Shown here: positions 9,808 through 20,712 of the stretch, piece by piece
Numbering within the stretch: the stretch's first letter is position 1
Layout: every line of letters starts with the position of its first letter
The notes under the pieces: model-generated
Told to the model about the DNA's origin: nothing
Databases searched by the model: none
What the model saw: the letters and a program-made list of their open reading frames with translations, nothing else
Source of the DNA: Cyanobacteria bacterium P01_A01_bin.123
GTDB taxonomy: Bacteria; Cyanobacteriota; Cyanobacteriia; Phormidesmidales; Phormidesmidaceae
Direction: 5' to 3'
Length of the DNA: 64,000 nucleotides
NCBI GenBank assembly: GCA_039815185.1
Contig: JBCBZT010000002.1
Coordinates: forward strand, 96,001-160,000
Position numbers and translations under genes: made by a program

Positions 9808-11330
9808 TTAGCATTTCAACGTAAAGATAAGGTTATGATGAGCCATAATCTCTCTATTTTTCTTAGATTGGCGGCAATTAACCCAGGCATCATGCTGCTG
9901 AAACAAAGTGCGAATCACCCAGCGATCGAGATCAATCATCAGGTTGTAGCGTTCAGCCGTCGGGATAAAAGCAGCAGGGGATAACATTCGCCCCTGGGCA
10001 TCTTGCATGCGCAACAAAATTTCCAGATGGGGTTGGGGCATGGGGGGTAAGCCAATGGGCTGAATCGTTTGCCCATAAAGACGAAATAAATTCTGACTGA
10101 GCGCCTTATTTAACTGGGTCACTATTGAGGCACTAGCAGTGGGTGATTCGCCTTCTTCCATGGCGTCATAGCGACAAATCTGATTACGTCCCCGATGCTT
10201 AGCCCAGTAACAGGCCGTATCTGCCTGACGCAGCACTTCGGTGATCGAGACTTGGGTACTAATGGCTGTCAAGCCAATGCTGGCACCAATCGTAAACATT
10301 GTGTCTTGCCATTCAAAGCGAAAGCCGTGTATAGCTTGACAGATCTTTTGCGCGGCCATCTCCCCTTGTTCTGGAGTGCAGTTGGGCCATAGAATGCCAA
10401 ATTCATCCCCCCCTAATCGGGCCATGACATCGGACGGACGCGCGTGTTTTTCTAACAGATGACCAATCTGGCGTAACAACTCATCCCCAGCAAGATGGCC
10501 ACAGGTATCGTTAACGATTTTGAACCGATCTAGATCGAGATAACCCACCATGTGGTTTGGCTCTTGAGAATAGGCAGGTGTTTGCGTGATCAAGTTGGTG
10601 AGTCGAGCTTCAAATTCGGTACGGTTGATCAACCCCGTCAGGCCATCATGGTGGGCCTGCCAACGCAGCTGACGAGCCATTGTTTGCTCACGGCTAATAT
10701 CGCGAAATACCACGACCGTTCCTACCGCTTGCTCTGAACGGTTCAGGATAGGCGAAACGGTGTGGCTAATCGCAAAAGTCCGTCCATGGCGGGTCACTAG
10801 ACAACTGCTGATCGCACATGCTGGTTCTTCCTGAGCCGGGGGGGGCTGTTGTAATGGGGAGCGATTTCTGGGTGACTTCATCAATCAATCAAAAAATCCC
10901 ATGAAGGGGCTGCCCCTTGGCCTCATCAGTACGCCATCCAAGCAAGGCCTCAGCAACAGCATTGAGGGATTCAATACGGCCCTCCCATCTGTCGTGATAA
11001 CCCCATCCCCAATTGACTGTAGGGTGATTTGGGCGAGTTCTTTCTCCGTCGCCAGGGCTTGCTGACTCTGCCGCAGTGCTTGGGTTGTTAATTCTTGGAT
11101 TTGAGACTGGGCGAGGAGCAGATCGTGAACATCCAAAACCCCATATTCGGCTTCGGAATACTGCACGACGACGGGTTCGTAAACCAGCGCAGGCGATCGC
11201 TGCAAAGATCGCCGCGCCGCTGCCACAAGCGGCATATCAGCTGGGAACACCGGAGTATCCATCGCCATCATTTTCCACAGGACCGACAAGGGGCGATGGA
11301 GAAATCTTCCTAACTCAGTAAGTGGACGAC
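9808..11330 (-). pseudogene. Degraded CBS-like/PAS/GGDEF/EAL c-di-GMP signalling gene
   Basis: 5'-truncated sensor region. The PAS region is broken by a frameshift near 10983, an in-frame TGA near 10886-10888 and a second shift near the G-run at ~10838. GGDEF is intact (RPSD..ARLGGDEF). EAL stops shortly after EILLRM...FIPTAER...DRWV. Confidence 0.8.
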
Positions 11331-11391
11331 ATCAGATGCTTCAAGCCCTACAAAAGTTAAAGGCACTCGTTTAGGATAAACCACCCGATGG

Positions 11392-11892
11392 TTAGTGCTG
11401 AAACCAGGCTGCCAGGGCCAAGGCTAAAGCATCAGCTGCATCGTCGGGTTTGGGCAATTGGGTGAGTTTCAGTTCTCGGGCCACGGCTGCTTGTACCGAT
11501 TGTTTGTCAGCGTTACCGTATCCGGTGAGAGCTTGCTTAACCTGGGCTGGGGTAAATTCGATAAACGACAACTGATATTGGGCCAGCACTAGCATAATGA
11601 CGCCCCGTGCCTGGGCCACCAAAATTGTGTTGCCCATCCGGTAGAAGAACAGTTTTTCAATGGAGACCCAATCGGGTTGCCACTGATCAATGAGGCTGTG
11701 CAAGTCATCATAGATGGTTTGCAAGCGATCGCCCACGGGTGTTTTAGCTGGAGTTTCAATCACCCCAAAGTCAAGAATCGTCACCGGATCTTGATCGGCG
11801 GCTTGCAGTTGGGGAGAATCTTGACACTCCAAGAGGCCGAAACCCAGGATTGCTAGCCCTGGGTCTAGCCCCAAAATACGCTTCGATTTCAA
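11392..11892 (-). CDS. ruvC: Holliday junction resolvase
   Basis: [34 protein letters not shown]; probable TTG start overlapping the upstream TGA. Confidence 0.95.
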   Translation of the reverse strand: MKSKRILGLDPGLAILGFGLLECQDSPQLQAADQDPVTILDFGVIETPAKTPVGDRLQTIYDDLHSLIDQWQPDWVSIEKLFFYRMGNTILVAQARGVIMLVLAQYQLSFIEFTPAQVKQALTGYGNADKQSVQAAVARELKLTQLPKPDDAADALALALAAWFQH

Positions 11893-12800
11893 CGCAGATT
11901 CTCCCAATACAGTATCCCAATCGCAATCAACAACAATATCCCTCCTACAATACCTGAGGCCCCCAAGTCTTCACCCAACAGCCACCATGCTAATCCCGTA
12001 GCCGTCAATGGCTCCAGCAGGGTCGCAATACTGGCAACAGTCGCAGGCGTATATTGCATTCCGCTGAAATAGAGCAAGTATGCGAGGGCGGTTGTGACAA
12101 TCCCCAGATATAACAAAGACAGCCAACTGGTGGGGGAATATTGCAGCACCAAGCCGTTAAGCCATGCGATGGGAAACAGGCAAACCACACCGGCTAGAAA
12201 CCCGAATGTCAGTGATTGGAGCGGATGGTTTCGTTTGGCTAGGGCTCGACTGCACAGGGTTACTGCTGCATACCCCAAGGCCGAGCTTAGTGCTAAAACG
12301 ACACCTACGACTGGGTGCGATCGCCCCATCACTTGTGCAGGCCGCAAATCAACCAATAATGCTGTTCCGCCAACAGCACATATGCCGGCTAAAAGCAGTC
12401 CAAGCGTCAATCGTTCACGCAGAATCAAGGCAGCAAGTAAGGCAACCCACACAGGAACCGTGCAAAGTGTAATTAGCGTAGCAGCCGCAACCCCGATGGC
12501 GCTAATGGATGCAAAATAGCAGACTTGGTAAAACGCGGTCATCATGCCAGTGAGCAACATGAGTCCTAAATCACGTTTGGCAATTTGAAAGGTCTGCCAG
12601 CCCAAAGTGCGCAGACAAGCCAGAAATAGCATCGGTACTGAAATTGCTAATCGAAAGAATCCAACAGAGAGAGGATTAGTCTCAGACAGCGTGTAGATAG
12701 TCTGAACAAATACCCCCACTGTTCCCCACAGAATTGCTGAACAGATCACCATCAGCAACCCAAAACGGGCGCCCCTTTGGGCGTTAGAACGAGTTTCCAT
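11889..12800 (-). CDS. EamA/DMT family transporter
   Basis: About ten TM helices with ILWGT, FFRL, LLYLG and LLEPL motifs. Confidence 0.9.
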   Translation of the reverse strand: METRSNAQRGARFGLLMVICSAILWGTVGVFVQTIYTLSETNPLSVGFFRLAISVPMLFLACLRTLGWQTFQIAKRDLGLMLLTGMMTAFYQVCYFASISAIGVAAATLITLCTVPVWVALLAALILRERLTLGLLLAGICAVGGTALLVDLRPAQVMGRSHPVVGVVLALSSALGYAAVTLCSRALAKRNHPLQSLTFGFLAGVVCLFPIAWLNGLVLQYSPTSWLSLLYLGIVTTALAYLLYFSGMQYTPATVASIATLLEPLTATGLAWWLLGEDLGASGIVGGILLLIAIGILYWENLR

Positions 12801-12807
12801 TAAAAAA

Positions 12808-12995
12808 CCTACCCTGGGTTAGAACGTCAATCAACGGTCTTTCGTGAGGGCAGGATAAATTCGCACAGAAACCGTCTCCACGTCTAGAAAAGACGGGAAC
12901 TCGTCAATGCAAGCTTAATCAGTTTTGAATCTCCTGCCCGATTAAACCTGGGTAGGGGGGGGTGAGACTGTGTAGAGAGCCAGATGGTAAGACAT
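12808..12995 (-). promoter_or_regulatory. Candidate leader-peptide attenuator: uORF MSYHLALYTVSPPPTQV (12995-12942) plus nested stems
   Basis: The 17-codon ORF's 3' end CCUACCCAGGUU is complementary to AACCCAGGGUAGG just upstream of the EamA ATG. Inner stems GGGCAGGA/UCCUGCCC and CCGUCU/AGACGG. Confidence 0.55.
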
Positions 12996-13092
12996 TTTGC
13001 AATCAACTCACGCAAATTCCACCTGAATTATAGCGTTGGTGATCTAGCTAAAGCGGTATGGCAAATGCCACAATACCTTGTTCCCTAGTCAT

Positions 13093-13494
13093 TTAGGCTG
13101 AGCTATCCAGATCAATCAACAATTCGTCTTGCAGCCAATTGATGACTTGCTGGCGTTCTCCTGCGGTTAGATAAAACTGCCCGCTGATCCGCAGGCGATC
13201 GTTGAAGACGTCCATATCAGCTGGGGAAAATAAATCTACGGTTGCGCCGATATTGCAAAGGATGTCGTCGCGACCCGTTTGCTCAAGCTTGCCATGGCGA
13301 TAGCGGGCAATCTGCTTGCTCAGCCGCTCATAGGTATGCGCTTCGGCCTTTAAGCGATATTTACGCTCTTCTGGGATAAGCTCTCCATTGAGCAATTTTG
13401 CGTAATCCGTGTCCAGCATATTCAAATTAACAATTTTGGGTGCTTGACTCACGGGTATCGCGTCCTTATCTGGCACTGGGGTCGAATCTTTCAA
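13093..13494 (-). CDS. Hypothetical protein
   Basis: 133-aa ORF with protein-like composition; TTG start uncertain. Confidence 0.65.
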   Translation of the reverse strand: MKDSTPVPDKDAIPVSQAPKIVNLNMLDTDYAKLLNGELIPEERKYRLKAEAHTYERLSKQIARYRHGKLEQTGRDDILCNIGATVDLFSPADMDVFNDRLRISGQFYLTAGERQQVINWLQDELLIDLDSSA

Positions 13495-13835
13495 CGGTCA
13501 CTCTGGTATCACGTTAACGCTTCCAGGATAGAAGCAAGCGTTGGAATCGCAGCTATCTATCAGCAATTTTTTAGCAACGGGCAGACAGTTTGGACGCTAA
13601 GGTCATCCAGCTATAGCGGTAGCTCCAAAGTTTTGGGCGCTACTGCGAGCCAGATTGCTTGTGTGTTCAGCATCCCAGCGAAACTCGGAGCATTAAGCAA
13701 TTTGGCCAGCGGGATAAAACAAAACCCAGCCTCATCGTTAACCGATAGCGCTGGGTTTGAGATTGAAAACTGTAGCATTGGGTGCCGGAAACGGCGTCTA
13801 CCCAAACGCGAGTCGATGACTTAACCCCGTCAAGC

Positions 13836-14426
13836 TTATTCAGGGGTTGATTCTGCACCAGATTCTGTACCAGATTCCGCAGGTGCTGTCGCACCGCAGT
13901 AGCTGTTGACTTCGGCAATAACCGTGGACTCAGTGACGGAGAGCTCTTCAATCTGGCTCACTGCAGCAACGGTTTTTTGTTGAGATTCTTCGATGCGGGT
14001 GGGCAGTTCTGCTTCTGATTCGACGTTAACGACAAGATCCATCGCACTGCTGGCTTCTTGGAGTGCACCGCTAAAGCCATTAACCACCTCAGCGTATTGA
14101 TCTCGAAATTGGATCAGGGTTTCATCAGAGAGGTCTGTTCCACTGAGGGTCGTGGACAGGCCTTCCAAATTACCCACTACCTTATCAACGGCTTCGGTGT
14201 ATTGGGTAGCGGCAGCCTTAATGTCATCTAGGGTTTCAACCGCCGCTGCATTATTGCTAAAGCTTTGAATTTCAGTTTCAAACTCTTGCATAAAGCCCTG
14301 GGTCTGGTTAACGACTTCGGCCAGGCGATTACATTGGGAAACCTTAGATTCACCACAGCCAGCCAGGGTTAGGGCGATCGCAGTGCCCGCCACAATTTTG
14401 AGTGAACGGGTGCGCAGCTTCAGCAT
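13836..14426 (-). CDS. Helical lipoprotein
   Basis: Signal peptide with lipobox LAGC; AAGGAG SD before MLKLR; SQCN...NSYC cysteine pair. Confidence 0.8.
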   Translation of the reverse strand: MLKLRTRSLKIVAGTAIALTLAGCGESKVSQCNRLAEVVNQTQGFMQEFETEIQSFSNNAAAVETLDDIKAAATQYTEAVDKVVGNLEGLSTTLSGTDLSDETLIQFRDQYAEVVNGFSGALQEASSAMDLVVNVESEAELPTRIEESQQKTVAAVSQIEELSVTESTVIAEVNSYCGATAPAESGTESGAESTPE

Positions 14427-14712
14427 GGATGTTCTCCTTATATCAAACACATAATAAGTTTAAAAGCTCTAGCGTCATAGTTGCCATTGAAGGCGTCCGA
14501 GCTATGATAACCCCACACTTTGGATATGGGGAAATTTCGCTAATCTCTATTGCACTTCACAGAAGCTTTAATCCGGAGTCTGGCGCTAAACGTTTTGGGT
14601 GACGTGATCAACCGTATCAGCTAGATTTCTAGATTCTGTCCCTGTTCTCAGGTCTGCGATCGCGTTATTCTGGATAATCTACTAAGTCAGTGCTGATCGT
14701 ATTTTTACCCCA

Positions 14713-15228
14713 ATGCCAACCCCTGAAGACTTTCTCAATGCAACCCAGTGGGCTGCTATTGCCACTGTAGGTCTGGCCTTGCTTACGGGCTTGGCATTTT
14801 TACTCAAGTGGGGCATTCGCTTTCGCTTAGTGGGGATCACAGGGTTTACAGGTGTCCTCACTGTCGGGTTACTGGGCTTGAGCTTTGAACCTTTTACCCG
14901 TACCCAAATTCCTGGCGCTGCGCCCTACGTCACGGTATATGACTCTGGCAGTGCCCAAATTGTCATTACAGTGCCTCAGACGATTACGTCATCGGCACTG
15001 GATGCCACCCTGCGCCAAGCTGCGAGTGATTTACTCAACACCAGTCGGTTGGGGTTGCCGGGGCAAATGCCGACGATTCGCGCCCGCACGATTGTTCATC
15101 AAGAGGGGGGCGTCTCTGACTTAGTTTATTTAGGACAGGTTCAACCCGCGCCTGATCAAGAAGCCGGGTTAGCGATCAGCATTGATCTGAATCGCTTAGC
15201 CGAGATCAATGCTGATGCATCCAGCTGA
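14713..15228 (+). CDS. ycf51: Ycf51 family protein
   Basis: WGIRFRLVGITGF, YDSGS, LRQAA and IRARTI motifs. Confidence 0.85.
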   Translation: MPTPEDFLNATQWAAIATVGLALLTGLAFLLKWGIRFRLVGITGFTGVLTVGLLGLSFEPFTRTQIPGAAPYVTVYDSGSAQIVITVPQTITSSALDATLRQAASDLLNTSRLGLPGQMPTIRARTIVHQEGGVSDLVYLGQVQPAPDQEAGLAISIDLNRLAEINADASS

Positions 15229-15263
15229 TTCCTCCCCTGTTAATCATCTCGTTCACGTTGCTT

Positions 15264-16430
15264 ATGAGTGTGTCTGAGCTGTCTACGCTAATGGTTGCCC
15301 CCGCTTGTGTGATCAAGGGGCATGGAAGCTTGATCCAAGCTGCTGACCGGATTGCCCAGATGGGTCAACGACCGTTGATGATCGGTGGCGATCGCACATT
15401 GACGCTGGCCCAGCCTTTTTTTCTAGACCCGGCTTGGTCTGAGCTTACCGTCGCCCCAGCAAGTTACGGCCCAGACTGTAGTGAAGCAACTTTAGCTCGG
15501 CTCAAAGACGCGATCGCCGCCCATCAAGCCGATCTAATTATCGGGATTGGTGGCGGCAAAGCCCTAGATACCGCCAAGCTGGTAGCCCATCAGCACCGCC
15601 TACCCGTGGTCACGATTCCTACTTCAGCTGCTACCTGTGCGGCTTGGACCGCGCTGTCCAACGTCTATTCTGATCAAGGGGCATTCCAGTATGACGTGGG
15701 CTTAAGCCACTGCCCCGACCTGCTGATTTTAGACTATGCCCTGATCGCTACGGCGCCAACGCGCACCCTAGTGGCTGGCATTGGGGATGCTTTAGCGAAG
15801 TGGTATGAAGCCTCCATCAGCAGCGGGCACTCAGACAAAAGCCTGATCATTGCAGCGGTGCAGCAGGCGCGAGTGTTGCGGGACATCTTGTTTCAAAAAT
15901 CCCAGGCTGCGATCGCGGCTCCTGGGGAAGCAGCCTGGTGTGAAGTGGTCGATGCTAGTGTGCTAATGGCAGGGGTCATTGGTGGTTTAGGCGGGGCCCA
16001 GTGTCGCACCGTCGCGGCTCACGCCATTCATAATGGCTTGACCCACTTGCTTGAAAGCCACGACACACTGCACGGCGAAAAAGTTGCTTTTGGAATTTTG
16101 GCCCAGCTGCGGCTTGAAGAAATGGGCCCCAATCCAACCCTAGCCGCTACAGCCCGCCATCAGTTGATTCAGTTTTATCGTCAAATCGGTTTGCCAACGA
16201 CCCTGGCTGATTTAGGCTTAAATGAGGTCACCCTGGCTGATTTACAGCGAGCTACTGAGATTGCCTGTCGAGACGGATCTGACATTCACCATCTGCCCTT
16301 CCCGGTCACCCCTGAACAGGTCATGGCTGCTATGGTCTCGACGACTGCCCCCCTTGCCGGCGGTGCTCGTCAGGTCTCACCGTTATCCTCAGCCGACAGT
16401 GCGATGCAGCGTCAGGAGAATCAGCTATGA
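15264..16430 (+). CDS. Iron-containing alcohol/glycerol dehydrogenase family protein
   Basis: GIGGGKALDTAK, PTSAATCA, GIGDALAKWYE, HGEKVAFG. Confidence 0.9.
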   Translation: MSVSELSTLMVAPACVIKGHGSLIQAADRIAQMGQRPLMIGGDRTLTLAQPFFLDPAWSELTVAPASYGPDCSEATLARLKDAIAAHQADLIIGIGGGKALDTAKLVAHQHRLPVVTIPTSAATCAAWTALSNVYSDQGAFQYDVGLSHCPDLLILDYALIATAPTRTLVAGIGDALAKWYEASISSGHSDKSLIIAAVQQARVLRDILFQKSQAAIAAPGEAAWCEVVDASVLMAGVIGGLGGAQCRTVAAHAIHNGLTHLLESHDTLHGEKVAFGILAQLRLEEMGPNPTLAATARHQLIQFYRQIGLPTTLADLGLNEVTLADLQRATEIACRDGSDIHHLPFPVTPEQVMAAMVSTTAPLAGGARQVSPLSSADSAMQRQENQL

Positions 16431-17629
16431 GCCTTGATTGGATCAAACCCGCCGATCGTTTGAGTGCGTTACCCCCTTACGTCTTTGCCCGGTTAGACGA
16501 ACTCAAAGCCCGAGCGCGGGAACAGGGTCTTGATTTAATTGATTTGGGTATGGGCAATCCCGATGGTCCCACCCCAACGCCGGTGATTGACGCCGCGGCC
16601 GCGGCGATTCGCGATGTTGCTAACCACGGGTATCCACCGTTTGAGGGCACTGCTAGCTTTCGTCAGGCCATTACGACCTGGTACCACCGCCGCTACCGTG
16701 TCACCCTAGACCCTGATGGAGAAGCGCTGCCCTTACTGGGCTCTAAAGAAGGGCTGGCACACCTGGCGATGGCTTATATCAATCCAGGGGATGTCGTGTT
16801 GGTCCCGTCACCCTCCTATCCAGCCCATTTTCGCGGCCCGGCGATCGCCCAAGCTGCGATCCACGATTTAGTCCTGAACGCCAAGAACGACTGGCTGATC
16901 GACCTCGGTGCCATTCCCGATGAGGTCGCCCAACGGGCCAAGGTACTGTACTTTAATTATCCTAATAACCCTACAGCCGCCACCGCTCCGCGCGAGTTTT
17001 TTGAAGACATTGTTGCCTTTGCCCGCAAGCATGAGATTTTGCTCGTCCACGATCTGTGCTACGCAGAACTGGCCTTTGACAGCTATCATCCCACCAGCCT
17101 GCTAGAGATTCCAGGCGCTAAGGAGATTGGTGTTGAGTTTCACACCCTTTCAAAAACCTACAATATGGCGGGTTGGCGGGTTGGATTTGTGGTGGGCAAC
17201 CGCCATGTGATTCAAGGGTTACGTACCCTGAAGACAAACTTAGATTACGGCATCTTTGCAGCCCTTCAAAAGGCTGCCGAAACTGCCCTCCAACTTCCCG
17301 ACGTTTATCTTCACGAAGTGCAGGCTCGCTATCGGGGCCGCCGCGACTTTCTGATCGACCAGTTGGCTACGTTGGGTTGGACAGTGCCGAAAACTAAAGC
17401 CACCATGTATCTTTGGGTGCCTTGCCCAGTGGGTATGGGGTCGACAGACTTTGCCCTGTCAGTGTTGCAGCAAACGGGGGTAGTGGTTACCCCAGGCAAT
17501 GCTTTCGGCACTGGCGGGGAAGGCTATGTGCGCATTAGCTTAATTGCAGAACCCGAACGCTTGAAGGAAGCGATCGATCGCTTACGCGAGGCGGGCATTC
17601 GCTATCAACCGCAAACCGCAGATGTCTAG
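16427..17629 (+). CDS. PLP-dependent class I/II aminotransferase (aspartate/LL-DAP aminotransferase-like)
   Basis: DLGMGNPD, NYPNNPT, HDLCY, SKTYNMAGWRVG. Confidence 0.92.
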   Translation: MSLDWIKPADRLSALPPYVFARLDELKARAREQGLDLIDLGMGNPDGPTPTPVIDAAAAAIRDVANHGYPPFEGTASFRQAITTWYHRRYRVTLDPDGEALPLLGSKEGLAHLAMAYINPGDVVLVPSPSYPAHFRGPAIAQAAIHDLVLNAKNDWLIDLGAIPDEVAQRAKVLYFNYPNNPTAATAPREFFEDIVAFARKHEILLVHDLCYAELAFDSYHPTSLLEIPGAKEIGVEFHTLSKTYNMAGWRVGFVVGNRHVIQGLRTLKTNLDYGIFAALQKAAETALQLPDVYLHEVQARYRGRRDFLIDQLATLGWTVPKTKATMYLWVPCPVGMGSTDFALSVLQQTGVVVTPGNAFGTGGEGYVRISLIAEPERLKEAIDRLREAGIRYQPQTADV

Positions 17630-17704
17630 CTCCGGTTGGTTACACAACGCCATCGCATTTTTAAGGCACTGTATAGTGATTGAGGACGCACAGGAAGAAC
17701 TGCC

Positions 17705-17896
17705 ATGTTTGGGTTAGGTTGGCCAGAAGTGGCCATTATCATGATTGTTGCCGTGTTGATCTTTGGCCCCAAGAAGATTCCTGAATTGGGGGGAGCCTTG
17801 GGGAAAACCCTGCGCGGCTTCAAAGCGGAAATGGATAATCCTGAGACCGATGATCAGGATGTTTTAGACGAGGCTGAGGAAGAAGAGTATCGGTAA
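17705..17896 (+). CDS. tatA: Twin-arginine translocase subunit TatA/E
   Basis: MFGLGWPE...FGPKKIPELG..LGKTLRGFK. Confidence 0.95.
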   Translation: MFGLGWPEVAIIMIVAVLIFGPKKIPELGGALGKTLRGFKAEMDNPETDDQDVLDEAEEEEYR

Positions 17897-17917
17897 GGGC
17901 GAGTGTTTAGAGATGTG

Positions 17918-17932
17918 AGAAACCCGGTTTCT
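17918..17932. repeat. Short palindrome AGAAACCCGGTTTCT between convergent genes
   Basis: Near-perfect palindrome resembling a short repeat seen in filamentous cyanobacteria (from recall). Confidence 0.5.
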
Positions 17933-17943
17933 GGACTGGAGTG

Positions 17944-20712
17944 CTAGCGGATAGTCTTGGGGCGAGCGCGCCCTAACCACAACAACCCGACGCCCGCGAC
18001 CACTATCAGCCCGAGGAGATTACTCGCTTCGGGTACTGAAACTGCATTGAGCGGATTATTAGGTTCCGTGAGCGTATCCTGACCGTCTTCTAAGCTACGG
18101 GCAAAGCGATCGCTCGATGCTTCTGCTTCACGCAGCAGTTCTCGCTGACGCTCGTTGACTAATACCAGCATGGACGAATAGGGGGTGACAACCGCGCTTC
18201 GTTTCGCGATCGCATGAACCCCATCCAGCGCTGCCAACTGGGTCATATCCTGCTGACGACTTTGATGCAAAATCGCCTGCCGCGCCGCCAGAGGGTCGAA
18301 AGAGGCACCCCCCTCAGATTCGGCGATCGCCGGGTCAGCCTGGGTATTGTCGGTTGGTTCCACTTGCCATAGGTAGCCATCTACGGCACTGGCGATCGCA
18401 TCGTTTTCCCCTTGTGCTAGGGCCAAGCGCTGCAACAGCGATTGAATATCTGTGTCAATGCCACCGCGACTGAGTTGAATGGCATCTAACACCGTGTCCT
18501 CGTAGGCCAAGGGCAACGCATCTGCTAGATGGAGAATCCATAGCGGCGCAGTTAGCTCAGGCAGTTCTGGGTTTTCCTGAGCCAATTCATAGTTACCCGC
18601 ATCGGTCACCAGCAGGATAGCGTCATAGGCTTTCCCCTGGCCTAGCGGATCAAACTGCTGCACCATCTCAGCAATGGACAAACTCCCGTAGAAGCTCAAG
18701 TTATCTTCAGCCATCGCCGTCTCTTTTAACTGCTGAGCAGCCATGCCTTCAGTAGACGCGACGTACCAATCCACCTGGTTGGACTGGGGCAACTGCTTGA
18801 GCTGATCTAAGGTTTGACCCAACGCCTGGGGATGCGCTGCCATGCTGCGAGAACTGTCAATCACCACGGCTAAACGCTGGTTCTTTAAAGCTTGGGACTC
18901 GCTCTTCAGGGGGGTAACGCTAACCCGATAGCCCTCGGGTAGAACTGTTTCGTGAGCAATTGGGGACCAGTCCGCGTCAGCAGCGATCGCTGGTTCAAAC
19001 CAGTCGGCTTGATCATCAGCGCTCGCTAGGGCCTGGTTATTAATAGAGCGTTCTGTGTTCCTATTCCAATAGATATTGCGTTTTTCAAGCAATTGGGGCA
19101 GGGCCCAACCCTCAGGCCGCTGCATGACTTGGTAGGTCATCCACAGATCCAAATGCCCCGGTTCTGTCCTTGAACGCCGAGCTGGAATTGGGAATACCCG
19201 CAGGCGATACTGCCGTGGCCCCACTTGCTCAAGCAAGGCTGGATCTTCTGCGGCAGTCCAGTTACTGCGCTCCACTTCACCGTTGTAGACTGTCTGCGCT
19301 GCTCCCCTGGGTGATACGACAAAGGGATAACGCAGATGCTGGCCGTCTTCTCCTAACCATAACCCAGTGATCACCGCACTTTCAGGCAAGGCAAAGCTGT
19401 AAAAAATCTCTTGATCGCGGTTGGTTGTGTTTTCGTAGCGTTCGTACAGTTCAATTTCGGCCCAGTCATTTTGGGGGGTGACGGTTACCGTTTGCGCCTC
19501 CAGACGGATAACGGCTTGATCGATATTCAGTAACCCTGCCTGGACTTCTTCTCGATTGACAGTCGATTCTAAAGCTTGCTGAATCACGGATCGCTCTGCC
19601 TTTTGAATCGGCGTGTCAAAAAACTCAGCATAGCGCTGAGCCGCTTTGTCGGGATCATTGCGTGAACCCTGATATAAAAAGGGCGACAGTAGCGCGTTGT
19701 GGCGATTTTGGAAAAACTGCGCCTGGTCTTGAGATAGGTTAAAAATAGTTTGATACCACGACCGTAGGCGATTGCTGTCTTTCCGAGGGCTGAGGTAGCG
19801 ATACGATTGCAGATACGCGTTCACCAACCCAGCTCGAATTTGGGAGGAATTTTCGATCAAGTCTGCCCGTGCTTGGGCCGTAGCCGGCGGTGCGTCTAAC
19901 AGGGCAAAGGCTTTCACCTGAGGTTGGGGTTGTACCACGAGGAAGCATACCACTACGGCGATCGCGCTAATGGCTGACACCAGACTGCCCTGCTGCCAAC
20001 GATATTGTTTCCCAAAGGCTGAGAAAATGCGCCACCATGAGCGCACATACATGTGGCTAAACACAAAGGGCATGGCCCCAAATAGCGTGGCACTGAAGCC
20101 AAACAGCCCGAACGCCAGAATTAATGTCATCATCGACGAGAGCGGACTGTAGCTCAAACTCGACAATAAATTGCCTAGCCACTGGAACGATAGGAAGTGG
20201 TAAAGGAAAACGCAGAAGGCAGGAATAGCATAGAAAGCCAGGACTGTACCCACATAGAGCCCCACCATCAGCACCAGGCTTTGGTTAATCAGTTGAAAAT
20301 AAGCTAGCTCCCGCTTCTGGGCGGCATAACCGCGAAATAGTTCGACGGTAAAAATCGCGATCGCGACAAAAAACGCCCCCAGCAATACCGTACTGGCCAT
20401 CGTCAGTTCCCGCAGCACAAACAGCCGCAGGCACAGCAGTGCAAATAATGGGGCTTCTACCCCATAGAACAGCCGCATCAGCGCCGTGGGTCGTTTTAGG
20501 AACCATCTACATCCGGCAAAGGTACACGCTGTAGGTACCCCAATGATGCCTAACAAGCTGAGTAAAAAAGGAAACGGAATCTCTCCTGAAACGACCGCTG
20601 CCCCTAACCACGGCAGGGTCAGGGGCAGGATGCCTAGGTAAACTAGCACTAAGAAACAGAGATTCCACGTCCAGAAGATGCCGTGGTAGAAGATGTCGAG
20701 GGATTTTTTCAT
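17944..20712 (-). CDS. Integral-membrane PEP-CTERM protein with VIT and vWA-like domains (TIGR02921-like)
   Basis: N-terminal TM helices, VIT-like EIFYSFALPESAVITGLWLG, DPALLEQVGPRQYRLRVFP, DSSRSM, and C-terminal VPEA + TM + basic tail. Confidence 0.85.
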   Translation of the reverse strand: MKKSLDIFYHGIFWTWNLCFLVLVYLGILPLTLPWLGAAVVSGEIPFPFLLSLLGIIGVPTACTFAGCRWFLKRPTALMRLFYGVEAPLFALLCLRLFVLRELTMASTVLLGAFFVAIAIFTVELFRGYAAQKRELAYFQLINQSLVLMVGLYVGTVLAFYAIPAFCVFLYHFLSFQWLGNLLSSLSYSPLSSMMTLILAFGLFGFSATLFGAMPFVFSHMYVRSWWRIFSAFGKQYRWQQGSLVSAISAIAVVVCFLVVQPQPQVKAFALLDAPPATAQARADLIENSSQIRAGLVNAYLQSYRYLSPRKDSNRLRSWYQTIFNLSQDQAQFFQNRHNALLSPFLYQGSRNDPDKAAQRYAEFFDTPIQKAERSVIQQALESTVNREEVQAGLLNIDQAVIRLEAQTVTVTPQNDWAEIELYERYENTTNRDQEIFYSFALPESAVITGLWLGEDGQHLRYPFVVSPRGAAQTVYNGEVERSNWTAAEDPALLEQVGPRQYRLRVFPIPARRSRTEPGHLDLWMTYQVMQRPEGWALPQLLEKRNIYWNRNTERSINNQALASADDQADWFEPAIAADADWSPIAHETVLPEGYRVSVTPLKSESQALKNQRLAVVIDSSRSMAAHPQALGQTLDQLKQLPQSNQVDWYVASTEGMAAQQLKETAMAEDNLSFYGSLSIAEMVQQFDPLGQGKAYDAILLVTDAGNYELAQENPELPELTAPLWILHLADALPLAYEDTVLDAIQLSRGGIDTDIQSLLQRLALAQGENDAIASAVDGYLWQVEPTDNTQADPAIAESEGGASFDPLAARQAILHQSRQQDMTQLAALDGVHAIAKRSAVVTPYSSMLVLVNERQRELLREAEASSDRFARSLEDGQDTLTEPNNPLNAVSVPEASNLLGLIVVAGVGLLWLGRARPKTIR

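Noticed and set aside
9815..9845. Pho box upstream of pstCA (CATAACCT-N3-CTTTACGT, minus strand)
   Set aside because: Only two degenerate units; too weak to call by eye.
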